Positions 12,501 through 24,500 of a stretch of 25,673 nucleotides of DNA are shown here, piece by piece. Position 1 is the first letter of the stretch. The number at the start of each line of letters is the position of its first letter. Below the pieces are notes generated by a model. That model had not been told where the DNA came from. It ran no database searches and saw only the letters and a program-made list of their open reading frames with translations. The DNA lies in the NCBI GenBank assembly GCA_030141605.1, contig JAQGDQ010001783.1:1-25673 (forward strand), given 5' to 3'. The position numbers were made by a program, and so were the translations under genes. This stretch comes from Tubiluchus corallicola (Eukaryota; Animalia; Priapulida).

Positions 12501-15500
12501 GCTGATACCCTTACCTTTTCATAGCCAGCTCTGGCTAGGTCAGAAATGTACTTGACATTTTTATTTTCCAAAGCAGAATTGTATACTTCTCTTGCTTTGT
12601 TTTGTGCATCATCCATGTAGCGGCTGTACTTTGAAATGGCTTCAGATGAAAGAGAAGTCAGTTTTTCCTACAAAATGAAGAACTAAAATGTTTATTACTC
12701 TTACAGGCATGAAATAAGCATCCTGTTAAAAAAATCCAATAACAGTTGGTCAATAAAAGTAATTCACTCTTTATATAGTAGCAAATGTTCTAATTCCTTC
12801 TGCAGAGGATTACTAAAACTCTAGAACAATAAATTCAACTGAAAAAAAGAAGTATAAAACTTCAGATTGTGAAACGGTAAAACAAAATGTAGATGATAAT
12901 GACGTACGTCACAGTAATTTCCCCATACATGTAGATATTTTCTGCATATATTCATATAGCATCAAAGCAGCCAAAAGTAAATATCATTTACTGTCGTTTA
13001 CCTGGCCGGTATAATAAATATCTGTCGCAGCATTCCAGTAACCTCTCCTAGCTGAATAGAACCCATCGTACGCATTGTACCAGTGTCTTTGTGCTTTCTT
13101 CACATATCTGTGTCCAGTTATTTTCTCTGCCATTGTGAAATACTTGTCTGAAATCAAATTACATTAATTTAGTTACAATAAAATCTATTATAAGATTTAG
13201 TCCATAACTGTTGAAGTAGTGCGAGATTTAATAATGCTGTTAAGCGTACAAAGTGAAATCTCGGTTTTCAAAATTGCATTCTGTTCAAAAATCTGGACAT
13301 TATATTATGAAAAAAGAAATTATCACACACCTTGCAATTAAGTAAAATGAAAAAATGGAATCAGTAAAAACAGAAGTTGTCGTATCAACTCATATACTAT
13401 TAGAAACTCATAAAAAGACTGTTAAATAATAAAACAATTTGCAATAAATTTCAGCAGTTATTAGTGACTATTGGAAACATGGAAAAAATAAACGTACCAC
13501 TCAGTGAATTTTTGATATCAGACATCTTTGTACTGAGATTGCAGAAGAAATCTTTGATGCTAGAAGCAAAAGTACGTAGACCCCTCTCAATGGTACGTGG
13601 AAGATTTCGCAATGAAGTCTGAAAGTAAATGTGACTTAAACATTCTACATTGTGCCAATGTCAGTTGCTAATGTGCAATTTCTGAACTTACCTAACTATT
13701 TAGCACTTAACAGCATTCTAACTGCATATGCTGTTTTTATTGTTTTGTTTCAAACGTTATCAGATGGCAGTACCTGCACGGGTGTGTCTAGGAAAGCCTG
13801 TGGACTCATTATATCATTATATGTGAAGTGGGAAAGTTGTAAAGTCATATGACAGAACTTATCTATCACCAAACAAACAAGATGGGTGAAAGAATTTTTC
13901 TTATTACAAGAATACTGCAAAAAGTAGTTGTTTTTCAATAATATGATAAAAAAAGCAAGAAAAGTACAGCTGGTGGCCAAATTACACATAATGCAAACTA
14001 TTTTTTTTCAAATAGGTACTATTTAAGTTGTTTCATTGCAGCAGAGAAATTAGCTGAAACCTCAACGGTAAGTGCTGTGTATTCTGTTCAAGAGAATGGA
14101 CTAGTTTTTGCAAATTTAAATTTTTGCCCATAACTTAAACTGCAGCTTGGAATTATCATTATAAACAAAACTATAGTGGGATTTGTTTGGCTTGATAAGT
14201 TCTACAAAGTGGTATAAAGTTTGTATGTCTAGAGCATTTCAAAGAAAATATACAGCCATTTAAAAAGTGGGCATTTTTGAAGAGTCATTAGAGAAATCCA
14301 TATTTTTTATGCAGAGTTTCTAAGGCCCATTTCACAGTGAGGATGCAAAGAAAAATGACGGCACGAAATTGCTGCGAGAAAATTAAAAAATTTTCAGAAA
14401 ATTTCGATTTTTCTCAAAATCCCACGCAGCAAGAAAGTTCATTTCACAGTGAAATTGCACTTTTTTCCACGTGTCCAGTTAGGTGCAGATACTTTGCGAG
14501 TTTTATACTGTATAACCATGCCTAAATTAAGTAACTTGCCGTAATTTTTCATACACAAAATACAATTAAAAATGTTAGTCAGTGTAATGTCAGACCTGTT
14601 TTTTTTAGTAAAGTTCTACTAAACACTTCAAAATATGAAAATATACATGTGTGTCTTATTTTTCTTTTTCAGGAATATAGCCATCGATGTTACTAAAAAA
14701 TAAAATCGTCAGTCTGCTAAAAGAGAGATTAAATCTTAGAATTTTATGCTGAAATGTGTTAATTGTTGTTCGTTAAATAAGAAAGAAGCAATTGAGTAGT
14801 TAAACTCAAGACTGAACACAGCGAGGATTACTCACAAAAAAGGAACATGCAGCATCATTTCTATTGAGGGGAAAATTCCTCACAAGGAGGACGCATAGCT
14901 TCTAGCTGGCAGCAAAATTCCTTATGAGGAACTGGATGAGAAATTTTACTGCACATCCTCAGAAAATGAAGTGAAATGCACCATAGAAAACAATGTGTTC
15001 CATTTTCGCGAGGAATGCTGCAAGGAATTTCTTCTCGAGGAGATTTGCAGCTCGTCCTCACTGTGAAATGGGCCTAAGTGTTACGCAGAAGTAAAATGCT
15101 CTAATTAACATCAACAATAAGATTTTGCACATGGGCATAACAATGATGTTACACGATATATAATAATTAAATTTTACACTCACTGGAAAGTTCCTCTCAA
15201 CATAAGATGCTAAATTGAACATGCCATCATAGACACATCTGGCATAATATCCAGCTCGTTCAACAGCAGGCTCTAGCAGCTCCACCAATTTTTCATATCT
15301 AACAGTATTACAAAAACATTATTAAAAACTCAAATGATTTTTATTTGCATTTGTTTCTACTGTATCAAAAATACAACTTCACAAAACATAAATAATAGAA
15401 ATGTTCTTACAAGCGATTCTGTCCTTTAGATAAGAAAACAACATACAAATTCTCTGCTTTTTTACATATCTTCCATCCTGACAATTTTCCCACTTTTCTT

Positions 15501-18500
15501 AGTATTCACTTTATACAAGTGATCAGGCACTAAAGGGTTTTTTCGTGTTGAAAGAAACAAGATTAAATCCTCAGCTCCACACTATGATTAGAGCACCCAA
15601 ACTGTCATATGGTGCATGCTTGACAAAGATTATTCACAATTTGGCCAAGCACACTGGCAAACACGTGCCAAGTGCAAACATACAGCTAGTTTCAAAAGCG
15701 AATGACTCGGATCACTCGTTAATCATTGTAATCCCCTACATTCTCTAAAGATTTGTTCGTACTAAATGTGCTGTTAGGTATCCATTAGCCAATGTCTTTT
15801 AACATATAAAAATGATACGATTTGCCAGGGTATAAAAAATAATACCTTTGTTCAGCCTGGTCTTTCACAATAGAGTATTGTTCTGATACAACGTCAGACA
15901 TTTTATTGTACTGCTCCTGCACCACAGGATCTAATTTTTCCACATACCAGTTCTTTGCATCTGAACCATACATGTCAATTTGTCTCATCGCGTCATCGTA
16001 AGTGTCACTCAAATCATGGAGTCCTGCAGAAACTTTCTTCTCTATTTTCCTGCGAGGTAAAAGTTTTCATTGCATTTAAAATAAACTGTTTCCACCTACA
16101 TCTAATTACAGCAACACTGCATCAATTTAGTTTATTTAATAAATTTATTAATTTAATTTTATTTGACTTAAATATTTTATTAACTAATTAATTTACAAAT
16201 TATAATTTATAATTAATTTACTTACTAATTACTAATTACTGTTACTAATTAATTAATTTATTTTTTATTTAGCTTTATTAAATTAAATAAAATTTGTGGC
16301 AAGTCCAGACCAGTCAGTATCAAGATTGTTTACCTTATCCCAAAGACAGTATGAACTGTGCATTCCTGGAAAAAAGCACTTAGTACTGCTCTCTCTCTTA
16401 AGAAGTGACAAAAATTGTTAAAAAAGGCTCACACATTGTCTTTGAATACGTTCAAAAAAGTACTAATTACTACTCTATTAATAATAAAGGGTTAAGACAT
16501 TGTTAAAAAAGCCCATATAAAGGTGCTGGCTTTCATTATGTTCATTGTTTACACAAAGAACAAACATTTTATCTGAGACAACTAATTCTAATAATGCAGT
16601 TTACCGGACAGATTTTGCTGCCTTGTCGTATGCATCCCAATTGAAGTCCATAGTACGCAAGTGCTGTGTGTTATCATAATACATTGCTTCCAAATCATCA
16701 GACATTTCACTCACTATGACACCGGCCTCATTGTACAATGCTGTAATCTGGAATGTTGGAAAAGGTACAAGAGTCAGATAATAATTTTAAAAAAGTGCAA
16801 TAATAATATTCTATATGAAAATATCCAGTTTTAAACTGTAAGTGGTTCCTGTCAATCTATTGTAAATTACGTATGCATACATTTAACTTGTTAAACTGAT
16901 GTAGGACTAGTTTTTTGCTTCTTCGCCTATTTAGTAACTTTTGCATGAAACTGGTGACATTGGTGGTGTCACTCAATTCTAACATGCTCGTTTACCACCC
17001 AGGAGGTTGTGGGTTCAAATCTCGAACGAGTCATACCAAAACCTTGAAAAATGGTACCACAGATTCTTTGGCCAAGCACACGTGTTTATCGAAGTAACGT
17101 GCGGGTAATAATAATCGGGACCACCTTGGAAATAAGTATGGAATTACTTAAGGTGTTATCCTTGGACTACGTCCTAAACGAAATTATTATATTGGTAGAT
17201 TGTGCTTAGTTAACAAAAGACAACATTTACCATTGGCCTGGAACCTTGTGTTTCCACGTCAATCTGGTATCTGCGTGATTCTATTTCTCTCCTGACATTT
17301 CTAATGGCTGCATCCCAGTTTACACCACTGTCAAACGTCCTGTCCAACTCATTCTGTAATTGAAATAAAGGAAATGAAATTACCTTATAACCATGGCCGG
17401 ATTATAACCTTTTGGGCTCTTGGGTTAATGAAACTAAGGATATTTTTTACCCGTGATATATTTTAGCCACATTTGCACAGCTGCAAATTCTTTAAGCTAA
17501 AATGCCTGTATTTTGTTGGTAAATAAAAATATTCTTTAAAAAATACCACTATTTTACTATTTATTGCAAGCAAAATTAACACATATTTCAAAACAACCGT
17601 AGTGAAAAAACTGACTTTTTTTACCAAATGTTACCAAAACTTGCAGGGCCCTAAGTTGCAGCCTATAGATACACAATCGATACACAATTGAGTCGTGTTT
17701 ACAATAATAAAAAATGAAATTATAACAGTACAGATTGTTAAAAAGTACTCTAAAGTAAAAATCCTAGAAGATGAATTCCTTTAGTTTGCAACAAGCAGAT
17801 AATTCACCTAGGCAGTGTTAGCGAATTCACTGCTGATACGTATTTTCCAACAAACAACACAAAAATACTCTCTGTAATTATTTAGTTGTTTTACTGTTCA
17901 AAATCCAAAGAAAATTGGACATTGCATTTCGATACACTGGTATCCAGTAGCGACCTGTAGTTAAAATTACTGGGGGTGGTGCTTCAGAAAATTTTTAGTC
18001 ACTGTTTTATTGCTGTGTAAAACAAAACAAACATGTGTAATTTGTAATTGCAATTTTAAACAAACAAACACAGGAAAATTTATGCATGAACTTGATACAA
18101 ACAAAAATTTTTTGCTTACAAATAGCCTAAATAGCCACAGTTCAATAATATATCAGTATGCAGTTTTTAAGCACGTGATAACTGGTAACAAACTGTGTGA
18201 GCAGCAGTACTTTTTCTAAGTAGCAGTGCAGTGTACAGCATGTTATCTGAGACATTTACGCATGGCCACATGTGCAAAACAGTATTGCCCTCACATGTTC
18301 TGATTCCATACAAGTATAAAGAAAGAACTAAAGAAAAACCTTATTATATTTGATATTATCGATAATATTGAAAGAAAATAGGGAGTTGTTGCAGTTCCAC
18401 ATTACCTATACACGAGCCACCACTGCTGGTAATGTAGCTCATCAATTCAAAAGTGCAAGCGTAACGAACGCGTTACTACTTTAGCAATTATGGGAAAACA

Positions 18501-21500
18501 TAATTAAGTTAATTACCGAAACTTGACTGTAAAGGTCTGGCTTCCAATGCAAGTGACCATGTAAAATGTGCGACGTGTTCAGGCGTGTTTCCGCTACGAC
18601 ATAATCTTCAATGCGATTATATCTTCCTCTATGGTATGAATGCACCTTCATTGCAGTACTGTTCACGTAACCACCCTCGATTACAAATACATCCTCCGGT
18701 CTTTCTGCAGTGCAACAAAAGTAAAAATAATAAACTCGGCTTGTTTAACTCACTGGTAATACATCCAGCTTTCTGTTCCAAGTCATAAGTTATGTAAAAT
18801 GGCAGGATAATATTAAAAAGTTAACTATGGTAAATGGTACCATCTAACTGATTCATCATACACGTGGATATATTGAAGGCAAAAACAAGAACTCATGTAA
18901 CTTTGTTTAATGTCAGGTTCACTGCAAATAGTACAATTACAAGTTATAAGTTCAGCCTGATTAACTTGCTGGCCATTGGGAAATTGCACTTTTTACACAA
19001 TATTGGTTTTAATTTTGTTACAATGAGTACTTCCAGGTAAAAACAGCCAATGGATCTATTAAGAGGGATTCTTAAGCTCTGTAACGATCATATTTTTGTG
19101 TCAAGACCATGCTTCAACTTTGTGCGTTTTTGTTAAATTTATAAGTGTTTTGCGCTGTTCTGTTCAGTATATGAAGCATTTTTCCTGGGGTACCGATGGA
19201 TTTTTCTCAAGTAGTTAAATTATTTGCTACTCAACAAAAACAGCCAACATCATCAAATAGCTAATGAAATATCCAACCGGAATATATTATTTACGCAGAT
19301 GCAGGACACAAACTTTTTCTGCACTAAAGATATTTGTAAAAAATTGTGTAAAATTTCATGCACAGCCATAGCTCAGCTGAAACAATAGGTTGCCATGGTG
19401 TTTGTGACAAGCAGCTGCTATGTGCATTGTCCTGCTGTAGCTTCTAACATCACACTGCCAGAATGGGCATTGCTAAAGTTGGCGTTGCTATGGCAACTGA
19501 GCAACTTTTTGTCTGCCATCTAGGGGCGAGTTAAAAAACAATGCAATTGCACTACTTTACAATCGTGTGTATTATACTGTTAGTTAAAAAAATAACGGTA
19601 ACAACCTTAACAGAATGGGTACAAGTATATAATTGCAATTATACCAATTGTTTAATAACTTACCTAAATGAATGTAAACACTTTTCTTAAATCAGTTGGC
19701 AACTAACAATATCATTAATTAGCTAAATTACGACTGTAATTCCCAGAGTGTTTATATTATTTTTAACAATTTTTACCAATTGCAGATAATGAGTTGGAAA
19801 AAGAAAGGAGTTTTGTGGACTAGTCAGGTGGTAAAAGGTTTTTTAACCATAATTTAGTTAATTAATGAATGCAAACTCACCAGTGTCTTTTACAATTACA
19901 ACTTTGACATTTTTCAAAGGCGACAACGTCACCTCGCCATCCAAACTCATCACTTTGTAGCCGCTGCGACTTGTAGCCGATAAAACGTAACTATGACCAT
20001 CTTCTGTATCAACTTCATCCAGATAGGCTATAACCGTCCAATCCTTTACTGGGCTTTCAATCTGAAAAACAGAAAACATTCGCATTCTCCATTTTTCTTT
20101 TAATTGTGGTAACGAAAGTCATTAAAACTTTTGAGAAAGCCTGACAAGCAGCTTCTATGCAGGGTCAAGGTAATTAAGCTATAAGGTCACAAAAATTTGA
20201 TCATACAAGTTAACAGAACAGGTGACCTGTAGTGAAAAATGTAAAATCACGTCTCAATCTGTTTACATCTATTTAACAGCACCCATGAAACTTAGATCTT
20301 ATCCCTACTCATTCATAATGAGAAAAGAAGCTATGATTACTAGCATAATAATTGACAGAAACCAAACAACAAAGTAGAGTTAATATAGAAAAAGGCCACA
20401 AAATATTTACGCAAACACTATGCAGGGTTCCCACGGAATTTTGAAATAAATTTCCATGACTTTCCCCTGACCAAATATTGATTTTCTATGACCAAGATAA
20501 GCAGAAATTGTATTACCAGTACACACATTCAAACATTTTTGTGTATGGACATTCATACATATACTGATATATAATGTGTTGGCACAGTTGCAGTAGTGCT
20601 AACAAAATTACACTAATCACATTAAATAATCTTTCTTAATCCAGTCATTATTTTTGAAAACAGAAATTGAAACTGGGAACCTGCCATAGCAAAATTTTAT
20701 TTGAACACGAATCGCTGAAATATATGTTTGGAAAAATATCGGTTCACGGTGATTATTTTTGCAACCCATTCCAATTTCCCCAACTTTTCACCCCATTTTC
20801 ATTATTTTAACTGACTTTTATCAAATTATCTTTTTGCCTGACTTTTCCATGACTTTCCAGGATAGCCTGTATTTTCAAGAATATTCCATGACTGTGGGAA
20901 GCCTGACTATGGGTGCAATAAACAAATTAAATGGAAGAATTGATAGAAAAGTTGAATGAGACATTACCTCGAACTTTAGTTCATTTGCAGAATAATCTAC
21001 ATGACCCAGCAGACGGAGTTTTCTTTCCTCACCAGTAGTAAGTCTGTACGATGCTTGACCACTCACTTCAACTAGATCTGGACTTGCATAACCATATCCC
21101 AAGATTCTTCAAACAATATATTTGTCAATAAAGCACAAACTTGTTTTCATAGGAGCATAAGACAAAATAGAATCATTAAAAAATCCAATGTTTAATAATA
21201 AAATGTTTGTTAATATTGATTTGCTAATACGCCGCTTAATAGACTCACTTTGTGACCGAAGTGTTTAAACACAGTTAACCAACTGAACCTATTAACCGAT
21301 GGGTGCTGTATTACAGGTATAGAAGGATGGGTCACCAACTTACTATGCACTGCAAAGGTTTTTAATGAATTTTAGAAACGAAGTAATGCCTGAATTCCTT
21401 TGTACAGTTAAAAATTAAAAAATATTTCAAAATAATAATTTATATAAGTAAATTAGCAATAAATTAAAAAGCATACTTTTCTAAATCACACAAGTCTGTT

Positions 21501-24500
21501 TATTTCCAAAAATTACAAAAATTCCTTCAAAGTTGGCTGCTTTATTTTATCGCGAATAAGTTGGCCCACAAAGTTCTCGTAATTATAAAAACATTGAGAA
21601 TCTGTTGTTCAATGATGCATAAGTTCTCATAAAATACTTAGTGCTTGGCATGCTTAAACTGTTGATGGTGCCCATGTTTCCCCACAGCTTCGTCTAAGCT
21701 CCCGATTGCTATGGTGACATAAATACTGTACTGCACCTGCATCCCTGGCATAACAGTAACATCTAACTGATTAAACTTTCTGGCAAAAACAACCAGAGAT
21801 TCAAAAGCAAACCCCTAAGCAACCGATTAAATGTTTAACTTCCAGGAACTCTTGGGTAACAATGTTAATTGCAGTCAACGGGCAGGTCAAAGCAAACCAT
21901 TAGGCTAGTATATTGACGCATGACAAATGTTTCTGTTTACAAACAAAACAGTACTTAACATGATTGCTTCTATGTATATTATAGGACAACAGCCAACTAA
22001 GATGATATAAAAGTCATAAAAGCTTATTAGTTACAAGAAAATGTCTTATTGAAGCATGTGAAGCAAAAATATTGAGTCTATTATGCGGAGTTATTTGAGT
22101 CAATTACCGACAGTTTTATGTACATTATAATAGAAGTGGCCCATACCAGGCATTTTTGAGTCAATTAAGCAATTGAGTCTATTAAGCAGCGCCTACTGTA
22201 TCCTGAAAAACAGGGCAAAACATTTTTTACAGCATTAATTCCTATTTATTTTTCATTGTGCAAAAACTGTAAATGCTATACAAAATTAATAATACCTGAT
22301 ATGTAAATTAGTTGCTGGATGATTTGCAGTCATATCAACAGTGTAATTAGTGTTGCCGTACTGCTTCCTGTTGTAGATTCCAAATTTCAGGGAAACATCA
22401 TTATGTTCCCCGTGAGCATAGGACAAGGTACTCTCATACAGGAATGGAATTGGTCTATCCCAGTCATTGAAGCTCAGCTTAGAGCTCATAACTATATCCT
22501 GCAATAAGAAATCATCAAAACACTGATGAAGAAATAAAAGTAGCTTGTTTCAAGTTGTCATTGCTTTACCTGATCTAAGCGTGCCTAGCTTCCTATCAAA
22601 CACGAACTTTGGAGCTTAGCACACGGTTATTTATGAATTAATAGAGTAAAAGTTAAAAGAAAATATAAAATCACTTCTGACCACTAACTATTAAGTTATA
22701 GTATCTTACAAACCAATAAACTATTATTATTATTCTCTTGGAGCTGTTAAGTCGCCTGTAATAGATTTTCTGTGCCATTAGTAAAGTAAAATGTGGCACA
22801 TTCCTGTAATAATCTATTCATACAATATACATATACATACGGGTATATGTATTTCCATACAAAAATTAAATTATGATAACTTCTCACAAGAACTTACCTT
22901 TTGCAGCTCGGGGTGTTTAAAAATAATCTTTGTGTTGTACTCGGGTTCCGACTCCCAACTCGTGGAGATGGTCACAGATGTTTTCTTCCAATCATCTCTA
23001 TCGTAATCCCACCAGAACAAAGCCGTGTGTGTTGCTTCATAACTTGATGTAACACGGTTCAGTTGAAGGTCAACAGTCCGAGACGGCAGGACCAGCTATA
23101 AGTATTGTAAATATTGTAAGCCAATTATATATGTAAATATTACTAATGTACTGTGTGTGTGTGTTGCGTTAATGTACTATTTATGTACAAATAAATAATA
23201 AATAATACTAATAATAATAATAATATTAGTTTGCAAATCACAGCTTTAATTATCTTTATTTATTATAATTTCAAGATTGCTATTAATGATGCTACAAGTC
23301 CACAACTAATTAAATTTTGATTATAATGATCTTATCATTATGGTTATTATTACTAACGACACACAGTAATTTCAGGCTAAAAATTAACCAAAATGAAAAA
23401 AAGCTAGAATCGCTCTAGTGTGAGCGATCTAACATAGGAAAGGCCAAATTTGGTTGGCCAGCTGCTATCGAGAGAACTCTGGACTGCTTTGATCTCTGGG
23501 GAGTAAGGTTCTCCAGTCGTCTAAGGCAGTTGCCTTGCAAGCATAAAGTCCAAGTTCAAATCTAGTGTGTGTTCTAGATTTTTCACGTTTCTTTTCATTC
23601 AAGTTTGATATCAAAACTTAATTAATTGTGGGTTTCTACCATCATCTTTAAATATCTATACTTTGACTTAATAACCAAAATAAGTAAAGTTGTCATGAAT
23701 AGTACCTTTGTATCGATGTTGTATTCTGTATCCAAGTACAGAAACTCAACTGCATACCCAAATTTTTTACCTAGCAGTTTGTTCCATTCATAATCAAATT
23801 GATGTGTAAATCTTCCTGGCGCCTTGTCAAAACTAGTCTGCATTGTCACCTGTGCGCAAAAAAGTGTTTATGAATAAATGCAAGAGATTAACAATTTTAT
23901 GAAGAAGAATAAAGTTTTCTCGGTAAAATATAAATGCTGAGCAATACTTAAGTGGCTTACGTGATGATCCGGACAAGTTGTTTCAATAATTATGGAATGA
24001 CTTGTAACATATTTGTCACTTTTATCCTCGTACGTCAACACAACATCAGACTTCTCCCTGCCACTTTCTAACCATTTCACTGTTAAAAACAAAATAAAAT
24101 ATGTGTGCATGCAAACCAAAGCCATCCACAAGTTTCGGCATAGTTAAAAATATGTTATAAATTTTTTTCTTTTTCATTAAAACAAATGGTAAATATATTG
24201 ATTCTAACATCAAATTATCAAGAAAATGTTCAAGACATACTAAAAATTAAATTTTATAACCCCATTTTTTGGCTAAAAACTAGTATTGAAATTATCAAAA
24301 ACTTATATTTTCGAACTCTGATAGTAGCTCGTGGAAGCAGTTATTTAGCTATGGGTTTTTTCTGTTTTTAAGCCCAGATCTTAGTCAGGAAAAGCTGGAT
24401 TTAAACATAACTTCAATGCAATCTTGCAAAGCCCATAGCAATCAGCCTTTTGTATAGCTGCAAAGTGTTTTGTAGAAGCGCCACAAAGAACAATGGCTAA

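Noticed and set aside
16050-16097. Upstream acceptor (gatgtag at 16096-16097) for exon 11
   Set aside because: It gives in-frame stops; the acceptor at 16050-16051 matches phase 2 and stays open.
17392-17700. Possible hAT fragment (catggccggattataacc ... gggccctaag)
   Set aside because: Only one terminus-like end; no matching TIR or TSD found.
21638-21779. Possible extra exon (ttgccag ... gtattt)
   Set aside because: All three frames contain a stop between these sites, it lies inside transposon copy B, and exons 5 and 6 already join in phase.
3047-23006. Plus-strand ORFs such as 3047-3457, 5660-5977, 12086-12505, 18585-18788, 22319-22507 and 22791-23006 as an antisense gene
   Set aside because: They are shadows of minus-strand exons, with no recognisable motifs and no consistent plus-strand splice structure.
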